A stretch of 62,689 nt of DNA, the filler included, from Sphacelaria rigidula (Eukaryota), in NCBI GenBank assembly GCA_964200075.2. It is 5 parts of 5 records of this genome, joined end to end, with 100 filler letters (N's around TTAATTAATTAA, not from the genome) between each part and the next. Parts side by side here need not be neighbours in the genome. Positions count along the whole stretch, not along the records: positions 1 to 12,461 come from CAXNAA020003745.1; 4 more parts are not named here. One strand, written 5' to 3'. Position 1 is the first letter of the stretch, and each line of letters starts with the position of its first letter. The notes beneath the pieces were generated by a model. That model made no database searches. It was not told the origin of the DNA and saw only the letters and a list, made by a program, of their open reading frames with translations. The position numbers and the translations under genes were made by a program. Below are positions 1 through 9,540 of this stretch, in pieces.

Positions 1-596
1 TTGGGATACGAGGTCAATGGTCTGATGACTATGGCATGCATGATCATGAGTACACCCCACCCGCCCCCCTCCCCCGCTGCCGTTGCAAATTGTCAAGTGT
101 CTCCGGACTGTGAGCCTATGAAACAGTTCCGAGGCGACGCTCGCCGTCTACGGGTCAACATGTTTTTGCACGATGTGGTCAAAGAACATCCGACGCGGTC
201 GTGGTCGCCGTCCCATCCACAACAGACCAGATGAACCTCGAATCCTTTCATCTCATCAGGAGCATAAACAAATCGCGTCCCTTCTCTTCCGGTCTATGAA
301 GCGGTACAAATAAAACTGTACCCCCTGCGGAGGGCCGTGGTAAACACATAACTATATCGTTTTGTGTAAGACAGACGATCTCGCGCGCGGGATTGCTGCG
401 AAACGCCCTTGCTGCTGCTACGACGAAGATATGGTGTACGTGACAGCTTCGTGAGGAAAACACTCAAGAGTAATGGCGGTCGTGCTTGTTGCGTTGAACT
501 ACTTCCACCACGTAAATTGGTGTAACTAGTTTCACATTGATGTGATACGGGCTGAGTTACTCGCTGTGTACTTGACCAACTGCTGCCATCGTTCTA

Positions 597-821
597 CACC
601 TTCCTTCTGCAGTGCTTGCCGTTACTTTTTATCGCGACAGGGGTTCAGCAGTCCCTTTTCTTCGTCGACCATGAAGTCGCAGGTTGTGTACACACGGCAT
701 AGTCGCCCTCCACTGTTGAGCATTGTGTGAGGAAAAATCCCAAATCGCTCCGAGATTCGAACCCACCACCCAACCGTGCGGAGGTTTCAACGTTACCAAC
801 TGAGCCACCGGGGCGACCGGC
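597..821 (-). mobile_element. tRNA-derived SINE-like repeat
   Basis: Minus-strand head has Pol III box A (TGGCTCAGTTGG) and box B (GGTTCGAATC). A diverged copy lies at 49489-49713. Confidence 0.7.
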
Positions 822-2710
822 TCTGCACAAGATACGGTACGAGTTGAGCACATGAGACGTTGAATTTTTTTTTACTGACGAAAACTAGAACATCTCCTCC
901 TATGGTGAGGGATCGGCGACTGGAAACCGTGGTATGGTGGTCGACCAAGTTGCGTACACCCCTGAGGAGAGTACAGACAATATGATCATGTAATTTGTTC
1001 GACATCATCTCAAAATCGTTTCACGCCTAATAGTGATCTGAGGCCGCTATCAACAGAGTGATCTAAAAACAATGAGGCTGGAGTTTCAAACGTTCTGGGA
1101 CAGTCTCCAGGCAGGGCACTGCCCGACAGCGGTTCCTTGCTCACGTGAATCGGGCCTGTCGTGTTTTCTGGTTGGAATCGGCTTGATATTGTACGTCTGT
1201 GTGCGGAGAGCAAATATAGTACGCGTTGTTTGTGCTGAATGTGGCTCACCTCTCGACATTATGCTGCAAGGAAAAAAACACTAGCCCACACAGCATGCAA
1301 TCACTGATTATAGGGTACCCGCGGCCATTCGGCTACCCCAAACAATTCTCTGTTCCGCTCAACGTTTCGAGCCTCCAGAGGAAATAAACGCCTTCAGAGG
1401 CTTGCTTTGCCTCTGGAGGGCCGTTGCACATTCCTCCGGAGGAATTAGGAGGATGCGTGGCCCTCCAGAGCAACACCTTTTTCTTACCCTCGAGAGATTT
1501 ATACCTCATGAGTCACTGGAGCATCAGATGCCCTCCGGAAGATTCGTTCATGACCGCACCTGGGAATGAAATATCCTCTAGAGGGTAATTTACCCTCGAG
1601 AGGATGACAATCGCGACAGAGGATTTTTGAGGGAAGCCGAATGTCCGCGTGTGGGGACAAAAATCAGCTAAGTTGTTTTTATTGGCACTTGCATAGTCGC
1701 TCAGACTCAACCGCCGAAAACGAAGGGATGCTACCCGACCAATTCCGCCGCACATTGCTGTACGATGAGGACTTGACACACCCGGGGGCACCCCACAACG
1801 CAGCATCAACCAACTAAAAATGCTGACTCCGCTGATTCTCGTACTCGCGGTCTTCCTCTTCCCCACCGTCCATAGATGGGTCTTCTGGAGACACGGGAGA
1901 TGCACTTCCTGGAACTGATGTTGCGCTCTCGGTAGTTTTCCCATCCTGTGTACATGCCACGGAGTGCTTTCGGTGACCGTCAGCGGCATGACTCATGAAA
2001 AAATTGGCGCGGTTTGGTCGAATGTATGCCTCACCCTCGCCTACCGTAACCTTTTTTGTATATACATATTTGACGAGTCTCTCCACGTTGAGAACTAATG
2101 CAAGTTCATGAGGGCGCGGATATGTGATGGAAATTCCGGAGCCCGCGGTCATGAGGCATATTTCGTACATTCTTCGGGAACCTCTATTCACCTACAGCAA
2201 AATGCGTAAATATCGTGTTCACATACCTGAAAGTCATGCTGCGTGAAAACGACGATGACAGGAAACAGGTGCACGTCATTCTTCTCGAATACTTTTCAGG
2301 TGAAGGACATGCGTCTCGCTTTGCGTGAAGTGACAGATGAAGAACCTGTAGCCATGATTCACACCGTACATATGAATGGTGAATAACACTCACCCACGAT
2401 TATCCGTTGGAAATAAACGGTGGGGAATATGCACATTCAATTCATCTCGCACTAATTCCAGGTGGCAAAGATGTGCATGCGAATTACACCGTATGAAATC
2501 ACAGGTGAAGTACATGTGACCAAAAATATTGCTCGCGGTCCCTTGAACAAATGAAAATGTATGAGAGCAGAGGCATTATTTGACGTCCCGTTGATGTCTT
2601 GTGAAAGTGTGTTCCGTCTACGGGTAGGCATCGGATTGGCGGGACATATTTCGTGAAATGGTGGGAAACCTGATATAGTTGAATCTACGGCCGTTTCGAA
2701 CACCATGCAG

Positions 2711-2782
2711 GTGAAATTCCAGAATCGCTTGGTCGGCTGGGCAGGCTGAGACAAATCGCCATCTTTAGCAACCAGCTCAGCG
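2711..2782 (+). CDS. 72-bp LRR exon 1: (G)EIPESLGRLGRLRQIAIFSNQLS(G)
   Basis: atgcag acceptor, gtgagt donor, phase 1-1, 24-aa GxIPxxLGxLxxLxxLxLxxNxL consensus. Confidence 0.9.
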
Positions 2783-5700
2783 GTGAGTCCCTTGAACAAA
2801 TGAAGGTGTATGGGAGCAGGAGCAGTGTTTGAAGTTCGCACAATAGTGTCCCATTGGATTTCGCTGATGCTTCTGGAACTGAGTCCCGTCTACGGCTTGG
2901 CTCTGGGTTGGCGAGACATGTTTCTAAAAGTGGTGGGAAACCTGATGCACTTTCATCCACGGCCGTTTCGACCACAATGCAGGCAGAATCCCCGATTCGT
3001 TTGGTCAGCTGGGCAGCCTAGAAGCTGCTAATCTTGCGGACAATCAGCTAAGCGGTAAGTCCCTTGGACAAATGAAGGTGTATGGGAGCAGGAGCAGTGT
3101 TTGAAGTTCGCACACTGGTGTCCAATTGGATTCCGCTGATGTTTTGTAAAGGGTGTCCCGTCGACGGCTATGCTCCGGGTTAGCGCGAAATATTCCTCGT
3201 GACGGTGGGAAACGTGACGTGCTACAATGCATGCTCGTTTCGAACACCATGCAGGTGAAATTCCGAACTGGATTGGTCGGCTGAGCTGCCTGAAGATGCT
3301 CAACCTCTCTGGCAACCAGCTAAGAGGTAAGTCCCTTGGACAAATGAAGGTGTATGGGAGCAGGAGCAGTGTTTGAAGTTCGCACACTGGTGTCCAATTG
3401 GATTCCGCTGATGTTTTGTAAAGGGTGTCCCGTCGACGGCTATGCTCCGGGTTAGCGCGAAATATTCCTCGTGACGGTGGGAAACGTGACGTGCTACAAT
3501 GCATGCTCGTTTCGAACACCATGCAGGTGAAATTCCGAACTGGATTGGTCGGCTGAGCTGCCTGAAGATACTCCACCTCGCTGGCAACCAGCTAAGAGGT
3601 GAGTCTCTTGAACGAATGAAGGTGACGGGGAGCAGAGGCGGTATTTGAAGTCCACGCGATAGTGTCTGGTTGGGTTCCGTTGATGTCTTGTGGAACGGTG
3701 TCCCGCCAACTGCTAGGCTCCGGGTTGGCAGAACATTCCTAGAAACGGTGGGAAACCCGATGTACTTCGATCCACGCCCGTTGCAAACACCATGCAGGCG
3801 ACATTCCGGACTCGCTTGGTCAGCTGAGCAGCCTAAATATCCTCAGCCTCGATGGCAACGAGCTAAGCGGTGAGTCCCTTGGACAAATGACGGTTTACGG
3901 GAGCAGGGGTGGTATTTGAAGTCCACACCATCATGTATAATTGGGTTCCGTCGATGTTTTGTGGAACTGTGTCCCGCCTACGGCTAGGTTCCGGGTTGGC
4001 GGCACCGATTCCTACGAGGTCTTCACGGACCACGGGTCATATATTATAAGATGAGTTGGCGTGAGCACAACTCTTGTGCCGACGGAGTTGTATTTCGAAA
4101 TTGAGATATTTTGAAGAATCCGGTTGAACAATGGCGATATCACCTCTTGTCGATGCAACAGCCCTATTGTTATCGGGGAAACAACCCAATCGAGGCAAAA
4201 ATTACCTCATCTCGATCGGAATATGTAAATGTCACGATTCCTCTCTTGATGGCACATTAATGTGAAACACTAAGCATCACTACTAATTTTGTGCTCATGC
4301 GAACCCGGGAAAACGAGCTCAAAACTAACAAGAAAAGAGCTTATTGGGTGAACGTCTACTTCACCTAATCCATAATATAGAGAAAAATCTCACATCTTTT
4401 TATGACGAGTCGATGGCATGACCTTCGACTTACATCATGGTCACGTTTATGACGTCACATTACTAATGAAAATTCTAGGCTTCATTACCTAACATCTCCA
4501 CAACAGTTGGCCTGGTAAATGTGGGCAATATGTAGCACTGTACAGCGCTCGGTCGGCCGCGTGCACACGGCCGCTCTGTACTGTGTACACACAACTACAG
4601 CCTCAACACTTTGCTGGATCAAGAAGTCCATTTCTTTCTTGTTTTCGTCGCCTTCTTTCCAGTGTGTCGGGTGTGATTTTTCATGGGTCTCGAGCGAAAC
4701 AAAAGCTCATTCCTCGGTAAGGAGTAGCATGGTCGGTATGGCAGGAGGAATCCACGTGTGCAACCATGGATCCGAGAGAACAGGCTAGTGTGTTTGATGA
4801 CAAAACAAGAACAAATCGCAAGGTAACTCAGCAGCAGAACCGATGACGTGCTCATACTCAATGTCCATACCTTAATGTCCTTCCTCCAGCGTCGACACCT
4901 CCAAATACGGGCCCCTATCTAGCGTTTCTCTGATTGTAGTGGAGCAGCCAATCTGCCCAGTTGCGAATTATCACAACGCTCAAAGTGTGTTGCTCCCCAT
5001 TGGTTCGAACGGACGACCCGCTTGTTCTTCCTCGATTCCGCGGCACTCTGTATCACCCTAGGATGCGCTGGTGGTTTACTTGGTGCAATATTGGTTTATT
5101 GACTCAATTCATGATCCGAATGATACAAGTGATCGCCGTACATCTGCACTAGACCCACTTGGCAACAGTAGTGTGCTTTGTCGAGGACGACCTTCGGTGG
5201 ATTGCAGCTCAACTAAGATGAAGCTAATGTTGCCTGCAGACCATTTGAGGAATGCACACGATTGACGTTCTCCCGCTCAAAGCTAAGTATACTTGTACTC
5301 GGTTTCTGTGAAGGCTTCCCACTTGCATTGTCCGCCGGTCATGCCTCGTGCCCATGCAGGGTTTTGGCAGCCGCTTGGGCAAGTCCAGGCTGGGTCAACG
5401 GCACCCGGGCCAGGTGTGTTGGATGAAGTGCTCGACGATGGCGATTCCTGGCTTGTAAATTCGTTGCATGGGCACTGATGTGAACATTACTTGCTACGCC
5501 GTTCCCCTTCAACGTTTGTTGAGCAGAATAAGAGAAGAGTCGCGAATTCGGAGCTTGGTTGTCAAGATAGACTGTACTCGAAGGTCCCATTGTATGTCCT
5601 CTGCGCGGTTGGAGGAAGTACTGAACTTACCGGGGAATACGTTCGAAGCCCCATCTCATAATATATCTACTGTGCGCTTGAAAAAGGCACTGAGGTCATT

Positions 5701-8700
5701 GGGATATGATTTTGAAACCCCATCTGTTAACGGTCCGTTACGGGATATCGCGCGACTATCTAGCGCGATGTTTTCATTTCGTGCGTGTTTCTCCACGTGG
5801 TTGACGCAATGAAACTCTTCGTATGGACGACATCACCCGGACAATGTTTTCCTGCCTGAAGGAAAAGGGTTTGTGGACTTTCAGTAGATACCAACATTCG
5901 ACCCGAGTTTCCCGTGACACGTTACAGCTCCTCCGCAACTGAAAATCTACAAGTAGACATAGAGGGTAAGCAACCTTGACGATATAAAGGCGCAGGTCGT
6001 GTGGGACGCATCCCATCCTGGCCCTTGACGTGATTTGCCTGTTTCCGCCCAACCGCATGTCCCGCGATTCATTTGCGTGTTTTCCAGATACTCTTCCGGG
6101 GGAATTGGCCTCTCTTCTCGACTGCTTAGCCGGGATTCCTGATTTAATGCTTGGCCAAAACCCGTGGGAGCAACCTCCCGTGGCAATCGTGGCGGATGGT
6201 ATGCCAGCGGTGAGGGGGTACTTCGAAGCCATGTTCAGGAGCGGATTTACCCTTGTGACCCGACCGCTAAAGGTGGTGATAGTTGGGAAGGAGACTGTTG
6301 GCAAGACGAGGTACGACGTTACGGTTTCTTCGCTTCTCCTACTTTTCTCCGAATTAGCGGAATTATCTTCACGCTATTCCCGCACACTACCCGTGACAGG
6401 GGGTTGATATCTCTCATAGAGACGATGCTATACAGACTTTGTTGTACCGTTGTAGAATCGAATCCGTCCCGTGGCAACTTTCACATGTAGGACGTCGTAA
6501 TGCGTGAGAGAACCGCGTGCTTAGAGGGCCGCATCGGCATTTGAACACCCCTATGGTTAGGGTTAGAGTTAGGGTTAGGGTTAGGGTCAGGGGTGTAGTA
6601 CCTGCAGTAACTGACCCGATTGGTTTCGAAAAGCATCGGTCCTGAGGTATTTTGAACTACGGCGCGGTCCTCCGAGCACGCGGTCCTTTTACGCATTACA
6701 ACGTATCAGAGCAATGCTCCCCAAAGAGGCGTCCTCGAATCAAAACATGACCTTTTCCCGCGGAACGACTGGATCGATATTGATCAGTACTTGAAGGAAC
6801 GCGGTTGTAAGTCACCAAAAACGCGAGTGATATCACTTCGGGGGTACATGCATTTAGGATCGGACGCCAAAAAGTTGATGATTAGACAAGTCACTGAGAA
6901 GACTCCACCAGTATTGGCGCATTTCATATATCCTGTGTGCGCTGGCGCAGTTTACGTCACAGCATCGGGACCGGGCAGCCGCGCACGACAAGAGGAGATG
7001 GTCAGGATAGCACGGTCCATGTGGATGTCGACGATCACGTAGTCGATGGTCATCGAACTTGGATGTTTGATTGTGCCGGTCAGGTGAGACATATTTTGTC
7101 ACCTGCATGCATTCACTCTATTGTGCTTAGTCGACCCAGTCGTCACGCTCACGTCATTGGTCGGCGTGTTTTACATTCGCCGGTCTGAGGTATTCACAGC
7201 GGCAGGAGTTCGACATAACTATTTACTGTGGTCATCTTTCTTGCAAATTATCGCATTACGCGTCCGGCCATTGGTTTAAGGCAAAACGTTTTCTGATGAA
7301 AGTTGAGCGGACCCACTCCCACATATGTCAGCTCATATTATCGATGGGTTTGTCTCATCCTCGTCATTGCTAGTCATGAACATGCAACTCGTGGATGATA
7401 TTGTCCGTTCGAATGACGGTAAGGTTCCAAAATCGAGTCACACCATTGGCGACATCGTTGTGACACCGACTGATAGTTCACGGTGGGTATCTCCGTGGCA
7501 AGTAACCCACGTTTATTTCTGACCCCGGCAGCATTTTGACGTCAACGCTTGTCACATGAATTTACACCTTGCAGCTTGATTTACTTCATGCGACACGACG
7601 TTGGCGTTGATTAAAACCGCTTCACGTGTCTCGTGATCGTTCTCTGCGACCGCTCGATAGGTTGTCTACTACGGGCTGCTCCAACTGTTTCTCACCCCTC
7701 GTGCTGTATACCTTTTGGTATGGGATGCGGAGAGAGCCAGCATGATCGACGGGTTGAACCTGGAAGACCTCGGCATCGCTCCCTGGCTCAGGAACTTGAC
7801 TTTCCGTGTACCGGACGCAAATTTGATACTCGTGGGCAACAAGTGGGACCGCGTGGAAAGGGCTGAGGACCGAGTAGCGGGTAAAGTGGAAGATAGAAGT
7901 CGCAAATGGCTGACTAATTGGATAGAGAGTGCGCGCGGACATCAACCTCACAGGCTTTCATTGGAAGACGGCGTCAGTCTTGTGAGTTGTGTGCCACTCG
8001 GCTCCGGAGAAAGGCTCAGTGGGGCGACAGGCTGGCCGTGCGACCGGAGTGAGCCGGGGCTTCTTCATCGCATCACGCACAGCCCAGACGGTCACACGAG
8101 AGCTCTCAAGATGTGTCTCCCGCAAAGCTATGTACTCGCCCTTCAGGTGCTTGAGGAGGTGGCGTCATCCAGCAGGTGAGGTCGTCGATGCCGTGTCTGT
8201 GTCTGAACTAGTGAAGTATGAGATACTCGTTAGATGCAATCAAGGGATATACCAATACACGTATCAATACCTTTAGAATGAACACGTCTGTGGTCTGACT
8301 TCTCACATCTAACGATAGCCTTGCTTTCACCCGCGTATGCATTTGTGGATGGTGCACAGCTGGACTCGACGAGATATTGCGTTTTCTTCCATCCTCTTGA
8401 TGGCACCCGTGTGTTCTCTCAGGGATACTGCTGAACGGAGAGGCATCACAAGAACGAGTATAGAGGAGAAGTGGCAGGCAAAGGTGCATGAGCTGGGCAG
8501 AGCTGCACCGCTGGATGCAGCCTTAGGAGAGGCCATGAATGGCGCGATCCTGATAAGGTGATTTCGACCTCGGCTTCCCTACTTTTGGGTTGGCTTCATC
8601 GGAGGCGAATTAGGTGTAATATTTCCTGACATACTAGTCGTTGAAAAGTGCTTGGATGTATGCAACCCGATTGTCTAGGTGTACTGTTCTGTTTATGTGA

Positions 8701-9540
8701 GTAAAGTTTGCAGCACATGAGTGGGTGCAGTTTTGAAATTTGGTCCTCGTACCATTTCGTTTCGGGCCTGGCTTTTCATCCTACTCACGCGTGGTATACA
8801 GGAAGTGGGAGGGAGGACTGGTGGATTACGGCAGCTACATCTTCCTCGATGTCCAATGGTTTGCGACAGTTTTGGACCCTTTGTTCAGTCACAAGCGAGA
8901 TTCATACGGCAACATTGATTTGGGTGGCATCAGAGTTACGCAAGTTGCGAGCTTGAGGCGACTAGATGAAGAACATGTTTTCGAGCCACAACTCGCTAAG
9001 GATCTTTGGGGCGCAGTGCTTGCATCGCATCTTCTCATGGCTTTGAAAAGTGCGGGGTTAACGTTTCCCTTGCCGAACGACCCCAATGAGGGCTTGGTGA
9101 TCCTTCTCCGTATGGGTACAGAGCCCCCAAGTGACTACGCCACAAAGCTCGAGGAAGCAGACAGAGCTAGAAACCACGACCTCAAGCTCAAGGTGGAGTG
9201 CTTCTTCAGTCTAGGGTTGCCCCCTGGCTTCGTTGAGCGTCTCCTGGCGAGGTGCTGTCACTTGGGCTTCCCGCACCCCTTCTGGCGATACGGGGCTCTT
9301 ATAGTGGGTGAAGGAGAGGAGGAAGGGTTGTTCTCACTGAGTTTGGAATACTCCGAGAGGAACAGAATCCTGACAGTGGAGGTGTACGGAGGATGTCAAA
9401 GGAGCCATGCGTGGGCGGCTTTGTCGAAAGTACTCTCCGTCACGATCAAGATGCTGTCGGAGTTCCCCGGTTTACCCTGCGAGGCAACGTTTTTCTGCCC
9501 GCGTCACGAGACCAAGGGCATGTCCATCAGGACGGCAGAT
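2711..9540 (+). CDS. LRR-ROC-COR (ROCO family LRR-GTPase), spliced; N- and C-terminal exons not resolved
   Basis: Phase-compatible AG/GT exons read by hand: 2711-2782, 2983-3054, 3255-3326, 3527-3598, 3798-3869 (LRRs), 5360-5413, 6088-6310, 6951-7083, 7661-8175, 8423-8557, 8802-9540. Motifs: NPWEQPP LRR cap, P-loop LKVVIVGKETVGKTS, switch II FDCAGQ, YYGLLQLFLTPRAVYLLVWD, G4 LVGNKWD, and COR segments FLDVQWFA and GLPPGFVERLLARC. No internal stops seen. Confidence 0.9.
2983..3054 (+). CDS. 72-bp LRR exon 2: (G)RIPDSFGQLGSLEAANLADNQLS(G)
   Basis: atgcag acceptor, gtaagt donor, phase 1-1, LRR consensus. Confidence 0.9.
3255..3326 (+). CDS. 72-bp LRR exon 3: (G)EIPNWIGRLSCLKMLNLSGNQLR(G)
   Basis: atgcag acceptor, gtaagt donor, phase 1-1, LRR consensus. 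Confidence 0.9.
3527..3598 (+). CDS. 72-bp LRR exon 4: (G)EIPNWIGRLSCLKILHLAGNQLR(G)
   Basis: atgcag acceptor, gtgagt donor, phase 1-1, LRR consensus. Confidence 0.9.
3798..3869 (+). CDS. 72-bp LRR exon 5: (G)DIPDSLGQLSSLNILSLDGNELS(G)
   Basis: atgcag acceptor, gtgagt donor, phase 1-1, LRR consensus. Confidence 0.9.
4059..4300. mobile_element. Putative MITE in ROCO intron
   Basis: Short terminal inverted repeat gcgtgagcacaa ... ttgtgctcatgc around an AT-rich non-coding interior. Confidence 0.4.
6088..6310 (+). CDS. ROCO exon: LRR C-cap and ROC P-loop
   Basis: tttccag acceptor, gtacga donor; DTLPGELASLL...NPWEQPPVAIV...KVVIVGKETVGKT. Confidence 0.88.
6497..6699. mobile_element. MITE-like element with internal TTAGGG repeats, in ROCO intron
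   Basis: 36-bp inverted arms at 6497-6532 and 6664-6699 (30/36 match); six TTAGGG-like units at 6557-6592. Confidence 0.65.
6951..7083 (+). CDS. ROCO exon: ROC switch I/II
   Basis: gcgcag acceptor, gtgaga donor; SLRHSI...DSTVHVDV...WMFDCAGQ. Confidence 0.88.
7661..8175 (+). CDS. ROCO exon: ROC G4/G5 region and start of COR
   Basis: gatag acceptor, gtgagg donor; VVYYGLLQLFLTPRAVYLLVWD...LVGNKWD. Confidence 0.88.
8802..9540 (+). CDS. ROCO exon: COR domain
   Basis: atacag acceptor, gtaagt donor at 9541; KWEGGLVDYGSYIFLDVQWFATVLDPLFSH...LPPGFVERLLARC. Confidence 0.88.

Larger units (their letters stand above)
2537..4002 (+). repeat. Tandem array of ~272-bp exon+intron cassettes (5 LRR exons plus partial flanking intron copies)
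   Basis: Exon starts at 2711, 2983, 3255, 3527 and 3798 (spacing 272, 272, 272, 271). Introns share gt(a/g)agtcccttg(a/g)acaaatgaagg at the 5' end and cgtttcgaacaccatgcag-like sequence at the 3' end. Confidence 0.95.

Noticed and set aside
740-821. tRNA gene (also tRNA-like heads near 28880, 44230 and 57150)
   Set aside because: A and B boxes are present but there is no convincing cloverleaf, and the heads are attached to dispersed repeat bodies, so they are better read as SINEs.
2685-3709. Minus-strand repetitive ORFs over the 272-bp array, and the array as a CRISPR-like locus
   Set aside because: These are antisense shadows. The variable segments are spliceable LRR exons on the plus strand, and no cas genes are present.
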